A stretch of 64,000 bases of DNA from a virus. The position numbers were made by a program, and so were the translations under genes. Below are positions 1 to 8,950 of the stretch, piece by piece; position 1 is the first letter of the stretch; every line of letters begins with the position of its first letter. Under the pieces are notes generated by a model. It was not told where the DNA came from and did not search any database. It saw only the letters and a list, made by a program, of their open reading frames with translations. The stretch lies in IMG/VR virus record IMGVR_UViG_3300029552_000001; one strand, written 5' to 3'.

Positions 1-919
1 TGAACACTACCTTCGTCTTACCTGACTTGAACCCCTCGACTATAGCCTCCCGCTGTTTCTTTGGCGTGCCTCCGTGAACCACTTCCGCCATGCCAGCGCA
101 TATCTTTGCGTTCATCCATTCGGCGGCGGTATTGCAGCTCTCAACAGAATCCATAAACACCAGTATAGATCTGCATACGTCTTTTAATACCATCAACCGA
201 CGTAAAATAAGGTTGTTTAAGCCGTTTTTTCTCACCGCCTCACTAATAGACTCGGCCGTATATTCGGAGCCGTTAGAATTAAGTTTAAGGGCATCTCCAT
301 TGAAATCCCATGTCTCATATTTAAGAGGTGTCCAAAATCCTTGCCTTATCATCTCCTCCACCTGTATGACATGGATTAGGTTCTTGAAATATACCGGTCT
401 CATACGAGTGATGAAATTAAGCTGGGAATATGACACCTGCCCTATCGACATCGTTTTAAGCCTGCATGGTGTAGCGGTAAACCCTATCACCTTTTTCGGT
501 TTCAGTTCATTCATGAATGTCATGAACTCACTGCCGTCCTCCGGGCTATACCCGGCATGAGCCTCATCTATCAACACGTTCCTGATCCCCATCTCCTTAA
601 GCTGACCAACAACCTTCTTGATAGACCCTAACGTGGCGTATATCATGTTAGACAGTTCTTTCTTTCCACAGGAAGCGGAGTAGATGGTAGCCGGTATGCC
701 ATACGACGTTATCTTGTTGTGGTTCTGTTGCAGCAATTCTTTTGATGGTTGTAAAATCAGCGTCTTATCTCCCATCAATCTAGCCGCCTCTGCTATCAGC
801 AGTGACTTACCGCAACCTACAGGACCTACGATCAATACCGGATCATGTCTATCAGAATTTATGTAATCGGAGATACTTTTAACACACTCCTCTTGATATG
901 GTCTTAATTTGTAAATCAT
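1..919 (-). CDS. SF2 (DEAH-box) helicase, N-terminal ~306 aa; C-terminus lies left of the window
   Basis: Absent from the ORF track because it is open at the window edge. Reverse translation from ATG 919-917 gives MIYKLRPYQEECV..IVGPVGCGKS (Walker A)..VLIDEAH (motif II)..GFTATP (motif III). ATGA overlap with the stop of ORF 916..1098. The + ORFs 90..560 and 684..866 are its antisense shadow. Confidence 0.8.
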   Translation of the reverse strand, partial: MIYKLRPYQEECVKSISDYINSDRHDPVLIVGPVGCGKSLLIAEAARLMGDKTLILQPSKELLQQNHNKITSYGIPATIYSASCGKKELSNMIYATLGSIKKVVGQLKEMGIRNVLIDEAHAGYSPEDGSEFMTFMNELKPKKVIGFTATPCRLKTMSIGQVSYSQLNFITRMRPVYFKNLIHVIQVEEMIRQGFWTPLKYETWDFNGDALKLNSNGSEYTAESISEAVRKNGLNNLILRRLMVLKDVCRSILVFMDSVESCNTAAEWMNAKICAGMAEVVHGGTPKKQREAIVEGFKSGKTKVVF

Positions 920-1098
920 TTGGATTTGTAGTTATCAAAAACGTCTTTTACGTACTCTAGTCTTATAGGGCATTCCCGACCATCATCCATCTTCACCATC
1001 AAAGTCTCTTTGGTCTTGCTTATGGCTATCACCTCTCCTACTCCTATCTGGGTATGGACTATATCGCCTAGCTTTATATTACATTTGATCATGGTCAA
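916..1098 (-). CDS. hypothetical small protein (60 aa)
   Basis: ORF track. Co-oriented, and its stop overlaps the helicase ATG (ATGA). No motif recognised. Confidence 0.45.
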   Translation of the reverse strand: MTMIKCNIKLGDIVHTQIGVGEVIAISKTKETLMVKMDDGRECPIRLEYVKDVFDNYKSK

Positions 1099-1681
1099 GC
1101 TTTTTATTAAATTCCTCTATCTTGCTCCTGTCTGTCTCCTTGGTCATCTTAGCCTCTTCCTTAAACATATCATACCCTTCCCGGATATTGTCGCCAACCA
1201 TATTCTCTATCATCTCCCTTAGCTCATCGCTTCTTACGGCAAAAGATATCTGGAATGATTTACTTGTGCCTTTCATCAGGTAATCAATCTCCTTCTTACA
1301 TTCTGTCATTAACCGATCCAGATTATCGAACTTAACGAACTTGGAGTTGCCATTGGCTTTTCTTACCCCATCCTTGAAATCCTCCAATATCCCGTTAAAT
1401 ACATCCGCCATACACATCATGGAATGTAGCCATACCAGCATATTGAATTTATATTCATTATCAGCATTATTCATCAAGCCTATCAAAGACTCACTTTTTG
1501 TCAACATGATTTTAGATTCTCGATCTACGATATCCTTTATCTCCTGCCGGCATTTCATGGCACCAACGAAATCCATTTTAGAATAACATTCATTTGATTT
1601 CTCTACCAATTTCCTAATATCCTTTCTAGACATCAGAAGATCCAATACCTGTTTTTCTCTTTCGTTTTTATCCATAATCAT
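1079..1681 (-). CDS. hypothetical protein (200 aa)
   Basis: ORF track. First gene after a hairpin plus a TAnnTTTG box. No motif recognised. Confidence 0.6.
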   Translation of the reverse strand: MIMDKNEREKQVLDLLMSRKDIRKLVEKSNECYSKMDFVGAMKCRQEIKDIVDRESKIMLTKSESLIGLMNNADNEYKFNMLVWLHSMMCMADVFNGILEDFKDGVRKANGNSKFVKFDNLDRLMTECKKEIDYLMKGTSKSFQISFAVRSDELREMIENMVGDNIREGYDMFKEEAKMTKETDRSKIEEFNKKLDHDQM

Positions 1682-1694
1682 TTATTTATTGACA

Positions 1695-1702
1695 CAAATA
1701 TA
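1695..1702 (-). promoter_or_regulatory. Bacteroidota-type -7 promoter box (TATATTTG on minus strand)
   Basis: Plus strand reads CAAATATA. It matches TAnnTTTG and lies 14 nt upstream of ATG 1681 and just downstream of hairpin 1706-1731. Confidence 0.35.
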
Positions 1703-1705
1703 ATT

Positions 1706-1731
1706 AAAGCCTAGATATTTACCTAGGCTTT
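1706..1731 (-). terminator. intrinsic terminator-like hairpin
   Basis: Perfect 9-bp stem AAAGCCTAG/CTAGGCTTT with an 8-nt loop, 10 nt past the stop of gene 1741..2769. A T-rich tail follows on the minus strand. Confidence 0.5.
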
Positions 1732-1740
1732 TTAATAAAG

Positions 1741-2769
1741 TTAATCTTTTTTATTCTTTCTTTTTGACTCATCCCAATCCGATGAGTACCTGCATGTCCC
1801 TTGTTTGTGGATCGAGAAATCGCACCAAAAACACAAGGGCTTGGGGCGGGGTTCAAGGCAGGCCGGCTGGCGTCCCATGAGGTAGCGCTTCTCGTACTTA
1901 TACCCCTGTTTGGCGTCGTCCCAAACGTGAGCTTGATAGCTATCTATTTTATTTGTCTCGAAATCATACATATCAAGGAGAATATCGTTAAGCTCCTTGA
2001 CCGACCTCTCTACTTTCTCCTTATCTACCTTCACGTTCTGATTGTCCAGCATGCGGGTAAAGAAATAGCTGCACATATCCGGTAATACCTTGTACTTTCT
2101 CAGTATGTAGAAGGCGTATATCGGATGCTGGAGATTATGAAGCAGCTTGTCTTCATCGAATAACTTTCTCCCGGACTTCCAGTCTATCGTATACATGGCT
2201 ATCCTGTCCTTTGTCTTATACTCTCCACGCCAGTCCACCGATCCTATGATATGCACCTTATCGTACGTCACGCCATCCAAGGTAAGTGGCTTGGGTAGCT
2301 TATAGGGCAGGACGAAGCTCTCCTCCACGCCGGCCGGTCTCGACCCCCGGACCACCTTCTCCATTGGCGTAAGATCAGACCATGCCTTCTTATAATTGCC
2401 AGCAGCATCCTTCTCAAACAACCCCACAATCCATCTTATTAACCTAGCCGCATGTTGCATGGACTCGATCTGAGATTTTACGCTATCAAAAGGTATCTTC
2501 TCTATATCGGCGTAATAGTTAAATGCCTTACTCATGTCCTCATAAGAAGGTCTGCATCCGTTCTTGAAGAAATACTCCATCGTCTGGTGGATAACCGTAC
2601 CATATGACGTAGCCTCATGCTTCTCCGTGGATCTGTGACCCTCCACGTAAGTCTTATACCACTTATACGGACACTGGACAAACGTGTCTATCTGCGAGTA
2701 AGAAGCGGCGAGAACCTTCTCTCCATTTATTATCTTACACAAGAGATGTGTCTCCGGGATAGTCATCAT
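1741..2769 (-). CDS. Cas4/RecB-like PD-(D/E)XK exonuclease with 4-Cys (Fe-S type) signature
   Basis: N-terminal Cys in FVQCPYKWY plus C-terminal CFWCDFSIHKQGTC. Nuclease motifs are IGSVDWRGE, TIDWKSG (DxK) and QHPIYAFY (QxxxY). Confidence 0.7.
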   Translation of the reverse strand: MMTIPETHLLCKIINGEKVLAASYSQIDTFVQCPYKWYKTYVEGHRSTEKHEATSYGTVIHQTMEYFFKNGCRPSYEDMSKAFNYYADIEKIPFDSVKSQIESMQHAARLIRWIVGLFEKDAAGNYKKAWSDLTPMEKVVRGSRPAGVEESFVLPYKLPKPLTLDGVTYDKVHIIGSVDWRGEYKTKDRIAMYTIDWKSGRKLFDEDKLLHNLQHPIYAFYILRKYKVLPDMCSYFFTRMLDNQNVKVDKEKVERSVKELNDILLDMYDFETNKIDSYQAHVWDDAKQGYKYEKRYLMGRQPACLEPRPKPLCFWCDFSIHKQGTCRYSSDWDESKRKNKKD

Positions 2770-3205
2770 CGAATATATTTAAATCAAGTGATGTTTCGTA
2801 TAAATCATATGCTATATTTTGAAGGTGATGGAATCCTTTGATATCAATTTTAACAACTGTGTTACCCCATAAACGTGTGATACTTAAAACGTAATCTTTT
2901 GTTATTGTCATATCCCCTTTATTGCGGTAATCATGATTATCATAATCGTTAAATCCAATCCAATCCAATATCCTCTCATTCAAGCTTATTGGATAAACAT
3001 CACATTCGGAAGTATACCACTTTATTGTGCTATTATCAATTCTGCGTTCGAGAATCAAACTCCCTTTGTCCTTATGCATACCGGTAATACATCCTATCCT
3101 CCATATATTACCATCCTTATCTTTCACAATATTGCCTATTCTTAACTCCTTAACTGAAATCATATTCTTCCTCCTCTTTATAATCGTCATCGCAATCATC
3201 AACAA
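2735..3205 (-). CDS. hypothetical protein (156 aa; start uncertain)
   Basis: ORF track. Co-oriented and tightly packed. No motif recognised. Confidence 0.55.
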   Translation of the reverse strand: MLMIAMTIIKRRKNMISVKELRIGNIVKDKDGNIWRIGCITGMHKDKGSLILERRIDNSTIKWYTSECDVYPISLNERILDWIGFNDYDNHDYRNKGDMTITKDYVLSITRLWGNTVVKIDIKGFHHLQNIAYDLYETSLDLNIFDDDYPGDTSLV

Positions 3206-3250
3206 GAGGGGTCTCTAACCCCTCTTCCCAATCATCATATCCGAAATCCA

Positions 3251-3535
3251 TTATTTACCCTTAACCCAATCATACAACATATCCACAAAAATCCCTACAG
3301 TTAGTTCATCGACAGATTTATCGCCAAAGACATCATCCGATATCCTTATATCCATCTTTTCTTCAATCCCCATCAATACCTCTAATAAATCAAATGGATC
3401 CATAGCTAGATCAGATGACAAATTACTTTCTTCTCTTACATCGTCAATTACCTCTATATTATTAATGTAATTGAACTTATGCATTTTCTCGAATATCTCT
3501 TTCCTCGCTATCTTCAATATTTCATCTCTTTTCAT
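3251..3535 (-). CDS. acyl-carrier-protein-like protein lacking the phosphopantetheine Ser (DPF instead of DSL)
   Basis: SSDLAMDPFDLLEVLMGIEEKMDIRISDD aligns with the AcpP helix II region ([20 protein letters not shown]). The Pro codon at 3395-3397 replaces the Ser. Confidence 0.6.
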   Translation of the reverse strand: MKRDEILKIARKEIFEKMHKFNYINNIEVIDDVREESNLSSDLAMDPFDLLEVLMGIEEKMDIRISDDVFGDKSVDELTVGIFVDMLYDWVKGK

Positions 3536-3806
3536 AATCCTCTAAATAATCATCCAACATATTTATAAGCTCTCCTACCGTCAATTCGTGATAAGGCTTG
3601 ACGCCAAGTGCCTCATCGGGTATACATTTACCCGTTTTCTTTTCCACTTCCATTATGACTTCTACAAAATCAAGGGAATCCATAGCCATATCCGTATCCA
3701 GCTTATCCTCGTTCATTATCTGAGCGGCATGATCAAGACCATTAAATTCACCCATCTTCTCGAATATCGCCTCCTTGACTACTTTTTCAACTTCTTTTCT
3801 TTCCAT
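3522..3806 (-). CDS. acyl carrier protein (canonical DSL serine present)
   Basis: LDTDMAMDSLDFVEVIMEVEKKTGKCIPDEA matches the ACP core motif. The Ser codon is at 3675-3677. 94 aa, acidic. Confidence 0.7.
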   Translation of the reverse strand: MERKEVEKVVKEAIFEKMGEFNGLDHAAQIMNEDKLDTDMAMDSLDFVEVIMEVEKKTGKCIPDEALGVKPYHELTVGELINMLDDYLEDYEKR

Positions 3807-3807
3807 A

Positions 3808-4506
3808 CTAAATCGACATTTTCAATCTTCTACCTAATTCTTTTTTTATATCCGATATCCTTTCGATATCCATCTTAACATCGCCCGTGATGGCGTATTC
3901 CTTATCCATTCTCTTGGGGGGATCCGGAAGCCGGCTTATGGCGAACAACCATGCCAGCTCCTTGTTCTTGTTCTCCCTAAGATACAAGTCAGACGTCATG
4001 CCATACATTTTTATGATCGTATCGAATAACGTTGATTCCGATAAACTCATATGCACGCTATACACATTTGATGGTTTCCAGATCAAGTTATCCAATCTCA
4101 TCGTATACTCACGTTTAAGATCTATGTGGGATATTACGGCCCTTACTATAGGTTCTTCCTTGAAGTTGGTGTTAGCCACAAACCAGATAAGCCTTTTTTC
4201 CACCTCCTTGATAGCTCCTGTATCCTTACCCGTATCGTTATATACCCCAACGATACGGTCCCGGATCCCCTCGACCTCCGGTGTCAGACCGGGTGTCTCT
4301 ATCAGCATCAGCAGCGATCCTCCCCTTGGCGTTATCTTCCACTTCCCATTCTTCTGAAGCTCAATATAACCAGATGCTTTATAACTATCTATTTTCTCCT
4401 TTGGAATGGTGTTAGCCATCTCTTCTTTTTGCCGGATCATCAAAAGATATCCAACATCAGACATCGTTAATCCTGATGTCATCATCTGTTCAAAATTTAT
4501 ATACAT
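3808..4506 (-). CDS. hypothetical protein (232 aa)
   Basis: ORF track. Sits in the replication module. No motif recognised. Confidence 0.6.
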   Translation of the reverse strand: MYINFEQMMTSGLTMSDVGYLLMIRQKEEMANTIPKEKIDSYKASGYIELQKNGKWKITPRGGSLLMLIETPGLTPEVEGIRDRIVGVYNDTGKDTGAIKEVEKRLIWFVANTNFKEEPIVRAVISHIDLKREYTMRLDNLIWKPSNVYSVHMSLSESTLFDTIIKMYGMTSDLYLRENKNKELAWLFAISRLPDPPKRMDKEYAITGDVKMDIERISDIKKELGRRLKMSI

Positions 4507-4517
4507 ATGTAAATAAG

Positions 4518-4856
4518 TTAAAATATTGACCTAATCTTTCTGGCTACCCTCTCGACTATATCGGGATGATCATTTCCGTTATATATATCTATTAGCGTAT
4601 CTATTATATGTAACCTTATGTTTTTCTTTGATGAATGAAACCAAAAATCTCCATTTTTTCTGTTTACAGGTTTGAACATCTTCAGTTCTGGTATAAGATA
4701 ACACGCCACACATGATCTTTCAGCAAGTGATAATTCAACCGCTGTCCTTTCTATTGCTATGCATATAAACGCATAATTATCATTCTTTATTAGATTGTAA
4801 GCTCTTCTCAACACCCTAAGGGCGTCTGCTTTCGATAATCTCTTTCCCTTTTTCAT
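4518..4856 (-). CDS. hypothetical protein (112 aa)
   Basis: ORF track. Co-oriented. Confidence 0.55.
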   Translation of the reverse strand: MKKGKRLSKADALRVLRRAYNLIKNDNYAFICIAIERTAVELSLAERSCVACYLIPELKMFKPVNRKNGDFWFHSSKKNIRLHIIDTLIDIYNGNDHPDIVERVARKIRSIF

Positions 4857-5457
4857 ATTGTTTTACTGTATAAGATTCATTAGCCATACCAACCCTACCA
4901 ACTGATATAGATTGATTTATAGATTGGTTAAGATGCCCTACAACCGACATCTTAGCCCTAACCGTATTGGCGCATCTTAGAAGGATTCGATAATCCTCTA
5001 ACGCCCTCTCGTATCTTACGTCCACCCTAGCCCTTTTATCGGCGTCAGTCATGCTCTTGCATGTCCCGTCCTCCCTCAAACTTATAGCTATCTTATCCCG
5101 TATGATCCTGATATCATCCTCGGCTATCACCAGCTCGGCGTCAAGAACGCCCTTGTAAGAGCTAAGAAGATCCTCTACCGCCACTACCTCCCGCTTCAAG
5201 TTCTCCAATTCCAATACCATTGAGTTATCGTTCATTCTTTTATACTCCTGTACTTTATTGGATACCTCATCACAGATGCTCATGATCTCCTTCTCCCTGT
5301 CCCGGTTTATGATATACCTGATACTGTATTCGGCCATTTCCTTTAATGAGGATATGATCTCTCGTATGCCCATCTTGTTTTCGGTGGAGAAATTGGCTTT
5401 TAATAACATCTCCATCCCTTTTATGATGACAAGCAAAAAATTTTTTCTCAATCTCAT
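4816..5457 (-). CDS. hypothetical protein, charged/helical-looking by composition (213 aa; start uncertain)
   Basis: ORF track. Charged, heptad-like composition. Confidence 0.55.
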   Translation of the reverse strand: MRLRKNFLLVIIKGMEMLLKANFSTENKMGIREIISSLKEMAEYSIRYIINRDREKEIMSICDEVSNKVQEYKRMNDNSMVLELENLKREVVAVEDLLSSYKGVLDAELVIAEDDIRIIRDKIAISLREDGTCKSMTDADKRARVDVRYERALEDYRILLRCANTVRAKMSVVGHLNQSINQSISVGRVGMANESYTVKQYEKGKEIIESRRP

Positions 5458-5459
5458 GC

Positions 5460-6602
5460 TTAATAAGGTGTTTCGTCATGTACTACATTGAAATCATCAC
5501 TGGGCGGTATATATTGTTGCTCCAACGGGATACTGGGAGGCGGGGGCGGTAGCGTCACCACAGTCGTGTCCGGCTTGCCGCTACCCACTGGGGCGTCCGA
5601 GCCTCCCGGTCTTTCTTGGCGCACCACCCCTCCATCAGGATAATATCGCTCATATCCTTTCATGATATCTACATGTATCGCATCAATCTCCTCTAATGAC
5701 CGTTGACGGACCTTTACGATATGATGGAACAATAATCCATCCACACGGAAGGATCGTCTTGACTCGCTCTTGAAACGTTCCAGATTAGGATACCATCCTT
5801 GCGGAAATTGCATGTATGAGGAGTACCCGTATCTTTTCGGTATATTTAACGCTACCATAGCCGTACATAACTGTCCCAATGTATCTGATTGATAAAAATC
5901 AGATTGCTTTGGCATATGATCCTTTGGATCCCGCCGTCCTTCGATATCACGATTGAGTTGGGATATTATAAGAAAGAAAATATTAGGAAAAGTTCTTTTA
6001 GCGATATTACACATGGTTATCAACGAGTCGATATTTCTTTTGGCGTCTCCTGAACCTTGTACTAGAGCCGTATGATCTATAGACACGAATACCATTTTCT
6101 TATCCTTGTTTATTGGCATATACTCATTCCATAGAAAGTTTTGAAGCTCATCTACGGTTGATGGTTTAGGGATGTATGTTATTCTGCTAGAGTTCTCTTC
6201 TCTAAGGCATCTCTGCATTTCTTTTACCTCATCTTCTGACATCTCGTTAAGGAGTATATCTTGTATGTCTTTCCCCATTTTTTTTGATAGTGAACGTAAC
6301 ATCAAATCTTCTGGGTTCATCTCAAACTCACATCTTAACCATACATAATCATCTGCCTGTGGATTGATATTGACATTCATCACATTGCTCATGATTTTTT
6401 GCGCCAGATAAGATTTGCCAACTCCGGGCCTAGCGCCTATAGCCACCGCATGTTGTGGGTAGAACCCGCCCAGTAACGCCTTGTCAAGATAAGCGTATCC
6501 AGTACGAGCCGGGAGAAGCTCTCCCGACTGATACTTTCTTATCCTCTCATAGGCATCCATGATAATCTCCTTGGATGACCTCCATATCCTATCCTCACTC
6601 AT
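5460..6602 (-). CDS. DnaB-family replicative helicase (RecA-like C-terminal domain) with Pro-rich tail
   Basis: Walker A is GARPGVGKS, Walker B is VFVSIDHTALV, and the DnaB H4-like motif is ISQLNRDIEGR. Confidence 0.8.
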   Translation of the reverse strand: MSEDRIWRSSKEIIMDAYERIRKYQSGELLPARTGYAYLDKALLGGFYPQHAVAIGARPGVGKSYLAQKIMSNVMNVNINPQADDYVWLRCEFEMNPEDLMLRSLSKKMGKDIQDILLNEMSEDEVKEMQRCLREENSSRITYIPKPSTVDELQNFLWNEYMPINKDKKMVFVSIDHTALVQGSGDAKRNIDSLITMCNIAKRTFPNIFFLIISQLNRDIEGRRDPKDHMPKQSDFYQSDTLGQLCTAMVALNIPKRYGYSSYMQFPQGWYPNLERFKSESRRSFRVDGLLFHHIVKVRQRSLEEIDAIHVDIMKGYERYYPDGGVVRQERPGGSDAPVGSGKPDTTVVTLPPPPPSIPLEQQYIPPSDDFNVVHDETPY

Positions 6603-6886
6603 CCTCTTGCGTTTCTATCGCCAGCCGTATCGGATTTAGATCCTCTGTTAGCTGATCTTGATTTATATTTTAACCCCTTAGCCGTATGGCATAGATCCTT
6701 CCCCTTCCGATAAGCCTTACCCTTTAGCTTATCGGTCTTGTAGTTCTTGCGACCCAACTCCCGTCTCTTGGCTTTCTGCTCAGGTCTGGCGTTGATCTTC
6801 TTATCCGTCTCAGCCTTCTTCTTTCTGGCTTCCGGATGTGTTCTGTAATATTCAGTCGATCTCCCCATCCTCGTCCTCCTCATCAT
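6599..6886 (-). CDS. small highly basic protein (95 aa)
   Basis: ORF track. Lys/Arg-rich. Overlaps neighbouring genes. Confidence 0.5.
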   Translation of the reverse strand: MMRRTRMGRSTEYYRTHPEARKKKAETDKKINARPEQKAKRRELGRKNYKTDKLKGKAYRKGKDLCHTAKGLKYKSRSANRGSKSDTAGDRNARG

Positions 6887-7157
6887 AATTATAATCCTCT
6901 ACGATAATATCCTCTCCATCTAAATATGAGGCTTTATCTCCGAGTCTGCTTCTCATGCTCTCGTAAGGATCATCCCCATCTTTTATTTCCCACACACATA
7001 AGTGCGGACCTATTATATCAATAAGCATGTTGGCCTTATCCTCGCTTATGCCTTTTTCTATCATCTTATCTCTGCATTTGTAAAAACCACATGTCTTGTT
7101 AAACACTGATCCTCCTACATAAAACCCTGTCTGTTTGTGAATGAAAATTACTTTCAT
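6852..7157 (-). CDS. hypothetical protein (101 aa), acidic C-terminus
   Basis: ORF track. Confidence 0.5.
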   Translation of the reverse strand: MKVIFIHKQTGFYVGGSVFNKTCGFYKCRDKMIEKGISEDKANMLIDIIGPHLCVWEIKDGDDPYESMRSRLGDKASYLDGEDIIVEDYNYDEEDEDGEID

Positions 7158-7180
7158 GTTCTGTCAATTTTTATTAATAA

Positions 7181-7726
7181 TTATTTTTTGTAATCACCGT
7201 AACTCATGTCAGCGTCACACACCACCAAGTCAGTTACCTTATCCACTACATGGAATAGATGCTCCGGACATCCGTGGCATGCGCTACCGCCTATCGCTAT
7301 CGCCTTATGCCTAGGGCAGTTATTCCCCCTCCCTCCATCATATATCTGTATCCGATTATCACTATATGTCTTGATATGTCTCATGATTTTAAGTAATGAT
7401 GGCAAAGACATCTTGTAAGGGGATATATGCTCCTCCGGTATCATAAGCTCACCGGATAGTTCTTTGTAAAGATCATGTCTATCATGTCCTGTTTTTATTA
7501 AGAATACGTTGATCTCGGTCATTACCATATCCATAGACCTAAGGAGATCCGGCTTGGCTAACCTACCTACAGGTTTACCCGTAGAATCGGATCTCATCCA
7601 AGCCCCACACTTCTCGCACCCAACTTGCTTTCCCTCCACCGTATTTATCATAGTGGATGGGGCCTTGCAATACGGGCATACGGATCCGTTTAACATAGCT
7701 TTCTGGGCTAAAGATAGCTCTCTCAT
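7181..7726 (-). CDS. hypothetical Cys-rich (zinc-ribbon-like) protein
   Basis: CPYC..CEKC near the N-terminus and CHGC near the C-terminus. Confidence 0.55.
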   Translation of the reverse strand: MRELSLAQKAMLNGSVCPYCKAPSTMINTVEGKQVGCEKCGAWMRSDSTGKPVGRLAKPDLLRSMDMVMTEINVFLIKTGHDRHDLYKELSGELMIPEEHISPYKMSLPSLLKIMRHIKTYSDNRIQIYDGGRGNNCPRHKAIAIGGSACHGCPEHLFHVVDKVTDLVVCDADMSYGDYKK

Positions 7727-8010
7727 GCCTTTTCTTGTATTTTGACATTAAATAGATCACAGAATCTATTAAAATTCCTGTTCTCTATTCTCATATCCTC
7801 CTCATACCTGTCAACTGATTTGATGAAATCATTATAACAGTCCTCGCACATCCATTGATTGATTACTGCTACATAATAGCCCACGGATGTAGGTCTGTTA
7901 CACATATCGCAAATACCTAAGCACCCATATCTGGTGAGCTTATCCATCATCTCCTGTCTTGTTATTTCAAGCACCTTGAATTTCTTGTAATTGTCAACTA
8001 CCTTTGCCAT
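7723..8010 (-). CDS. hypothetical zinc-finger-like protein (95 aa)
   Basis: CDMC..CEDC motif pairs. Confidence 0.5.
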   Translation of the reverse strand: MAKVVDNYKKFKVLEITRQEMMDKLTRYGCLGICDMCNRPTSVGYYVAVINQWMCEDCYNDFIKSVDRYEEDMRIENRNFNRFCDLFNVKIQEKA

Positions 8011-8950
8011 TGTAAATTTGTTTAATAATAAAATAATCCGCTATATCCATTCCCTCATTTATATTGGGTTTTGATTCTAGAAAATTACTTATCTCTATAT
8101 TCATCCCCCTCATATCCTTGTCTACCTTCTTTCTCCATTCGTTGAAAGCGTCGCCCTTATCCGGGTACAGGACTATCCGCCTCCTACCCAATGTCTCTAT
8201 CATCTCCCTTTTCAGCATATGGATACCGCCACAGGCCATAAACAACCTACTAGGGTACACGATGTTACAGATAACAGCCGTCTTCTCTGACTCTACTATA
8301 TACACCGGAGCGTCATTGGGATAGAAGTTGATAAGAAACTCCCCGAACAGGCATTGCCTAAGCAGGTAATCCTGACCGTCCAGTATATGCACCCAACATA
8401 CATGATCCATGGGAACCTTTACCCTCTTCCCGTCAGGCCCGTAGTCCATTATCTTCCCGGTCCGCACTACCCAATTCTTATCCAGTTGCCAGAACACACA
8501 GCACTTACCCCAGTCCCCGAATCTCATCATCCCCACCTTATACAAGCTAAATGCCCTATTGGTATGATACGATCCGAAGATATTGGATAGATAATCCTGA
8601 AGATCGGATGTCTCGAAAGGATTAAGCGTCTCAAACATCTTGCTTACCGGAATGCAGTTGGCTATATCCGGATCCATAGGAGGTCTGTACCTCCTTAATA
8701 CTTTGTTTGAATCGGTAAAAAGATCATTGTTCCCAAGTTCGCTCCCTGTTGGATATTTAAAGTAACCACATTTATTTTTATGATCACACACCCCAAACTG
8801 CTCTCCAACGATCTGACCGGTGGTTACGTCCACGTACGGCGTAAAACACTTATCCTTGCCGCATTGCGGGCACGTCAGCTTCCTCCTTGGTTTGCTATGA
8901 TCCAGCTCATACCGATGAACGCTCTTATTGAACTCCCTAAATTCCATCAC
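7994..8950 (-). CDS. DNA primase (zinc-binding N-terminus + Toprim domain)
   Basis: CPQCGKDKC..CDHKNKCGY zinc motif. Toprim Glu in VYIVESEKTA and the acidic motif VLYPDKGD. Confidence 0.7.
   Translation of the reverse strand: MMEFREFNKSVHRYELDHSKPRRKLTCPQCGKDKCFTPYVDVTTGQIVGEQFGVCDHKNKCGYFKYPTGSELGNNDLFTDSNKVLRRYRPPMDPDIANCIPVSKMFETLNPFETSDLQDYLSNIFGSYHTNRAFSLYKVGMMRFGDWGKCCVFWQLDKNWVVRTGKIMDYGPDGKRVKVPMDHVCWVHILDGQDYLLRQCLFGEFLINFYPNDAPVYIVESEKTAVICNIVYPSRLFMACGGIHMLKREMIETLGRRRIVLYPDKGDAFNEWRKKVDKDMRGMNIEISNFLESKPNINEGMDIADYFIIKQIYNGKGS

Noticed and set aside
90-866. Plus-strand ORFs 90..560 and 684..866 from the track.
   Set aside because: The opposite strand encodes a helicase with Walker A, DEAH and TATP motifs across the same span. 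The plus ORFs are low-complexity antisense shadows. The same logic applies to most short opposite-strand ORFs in the track, for example 1341..1586, 14411..15025, 42705..43193 and 50402..50944.
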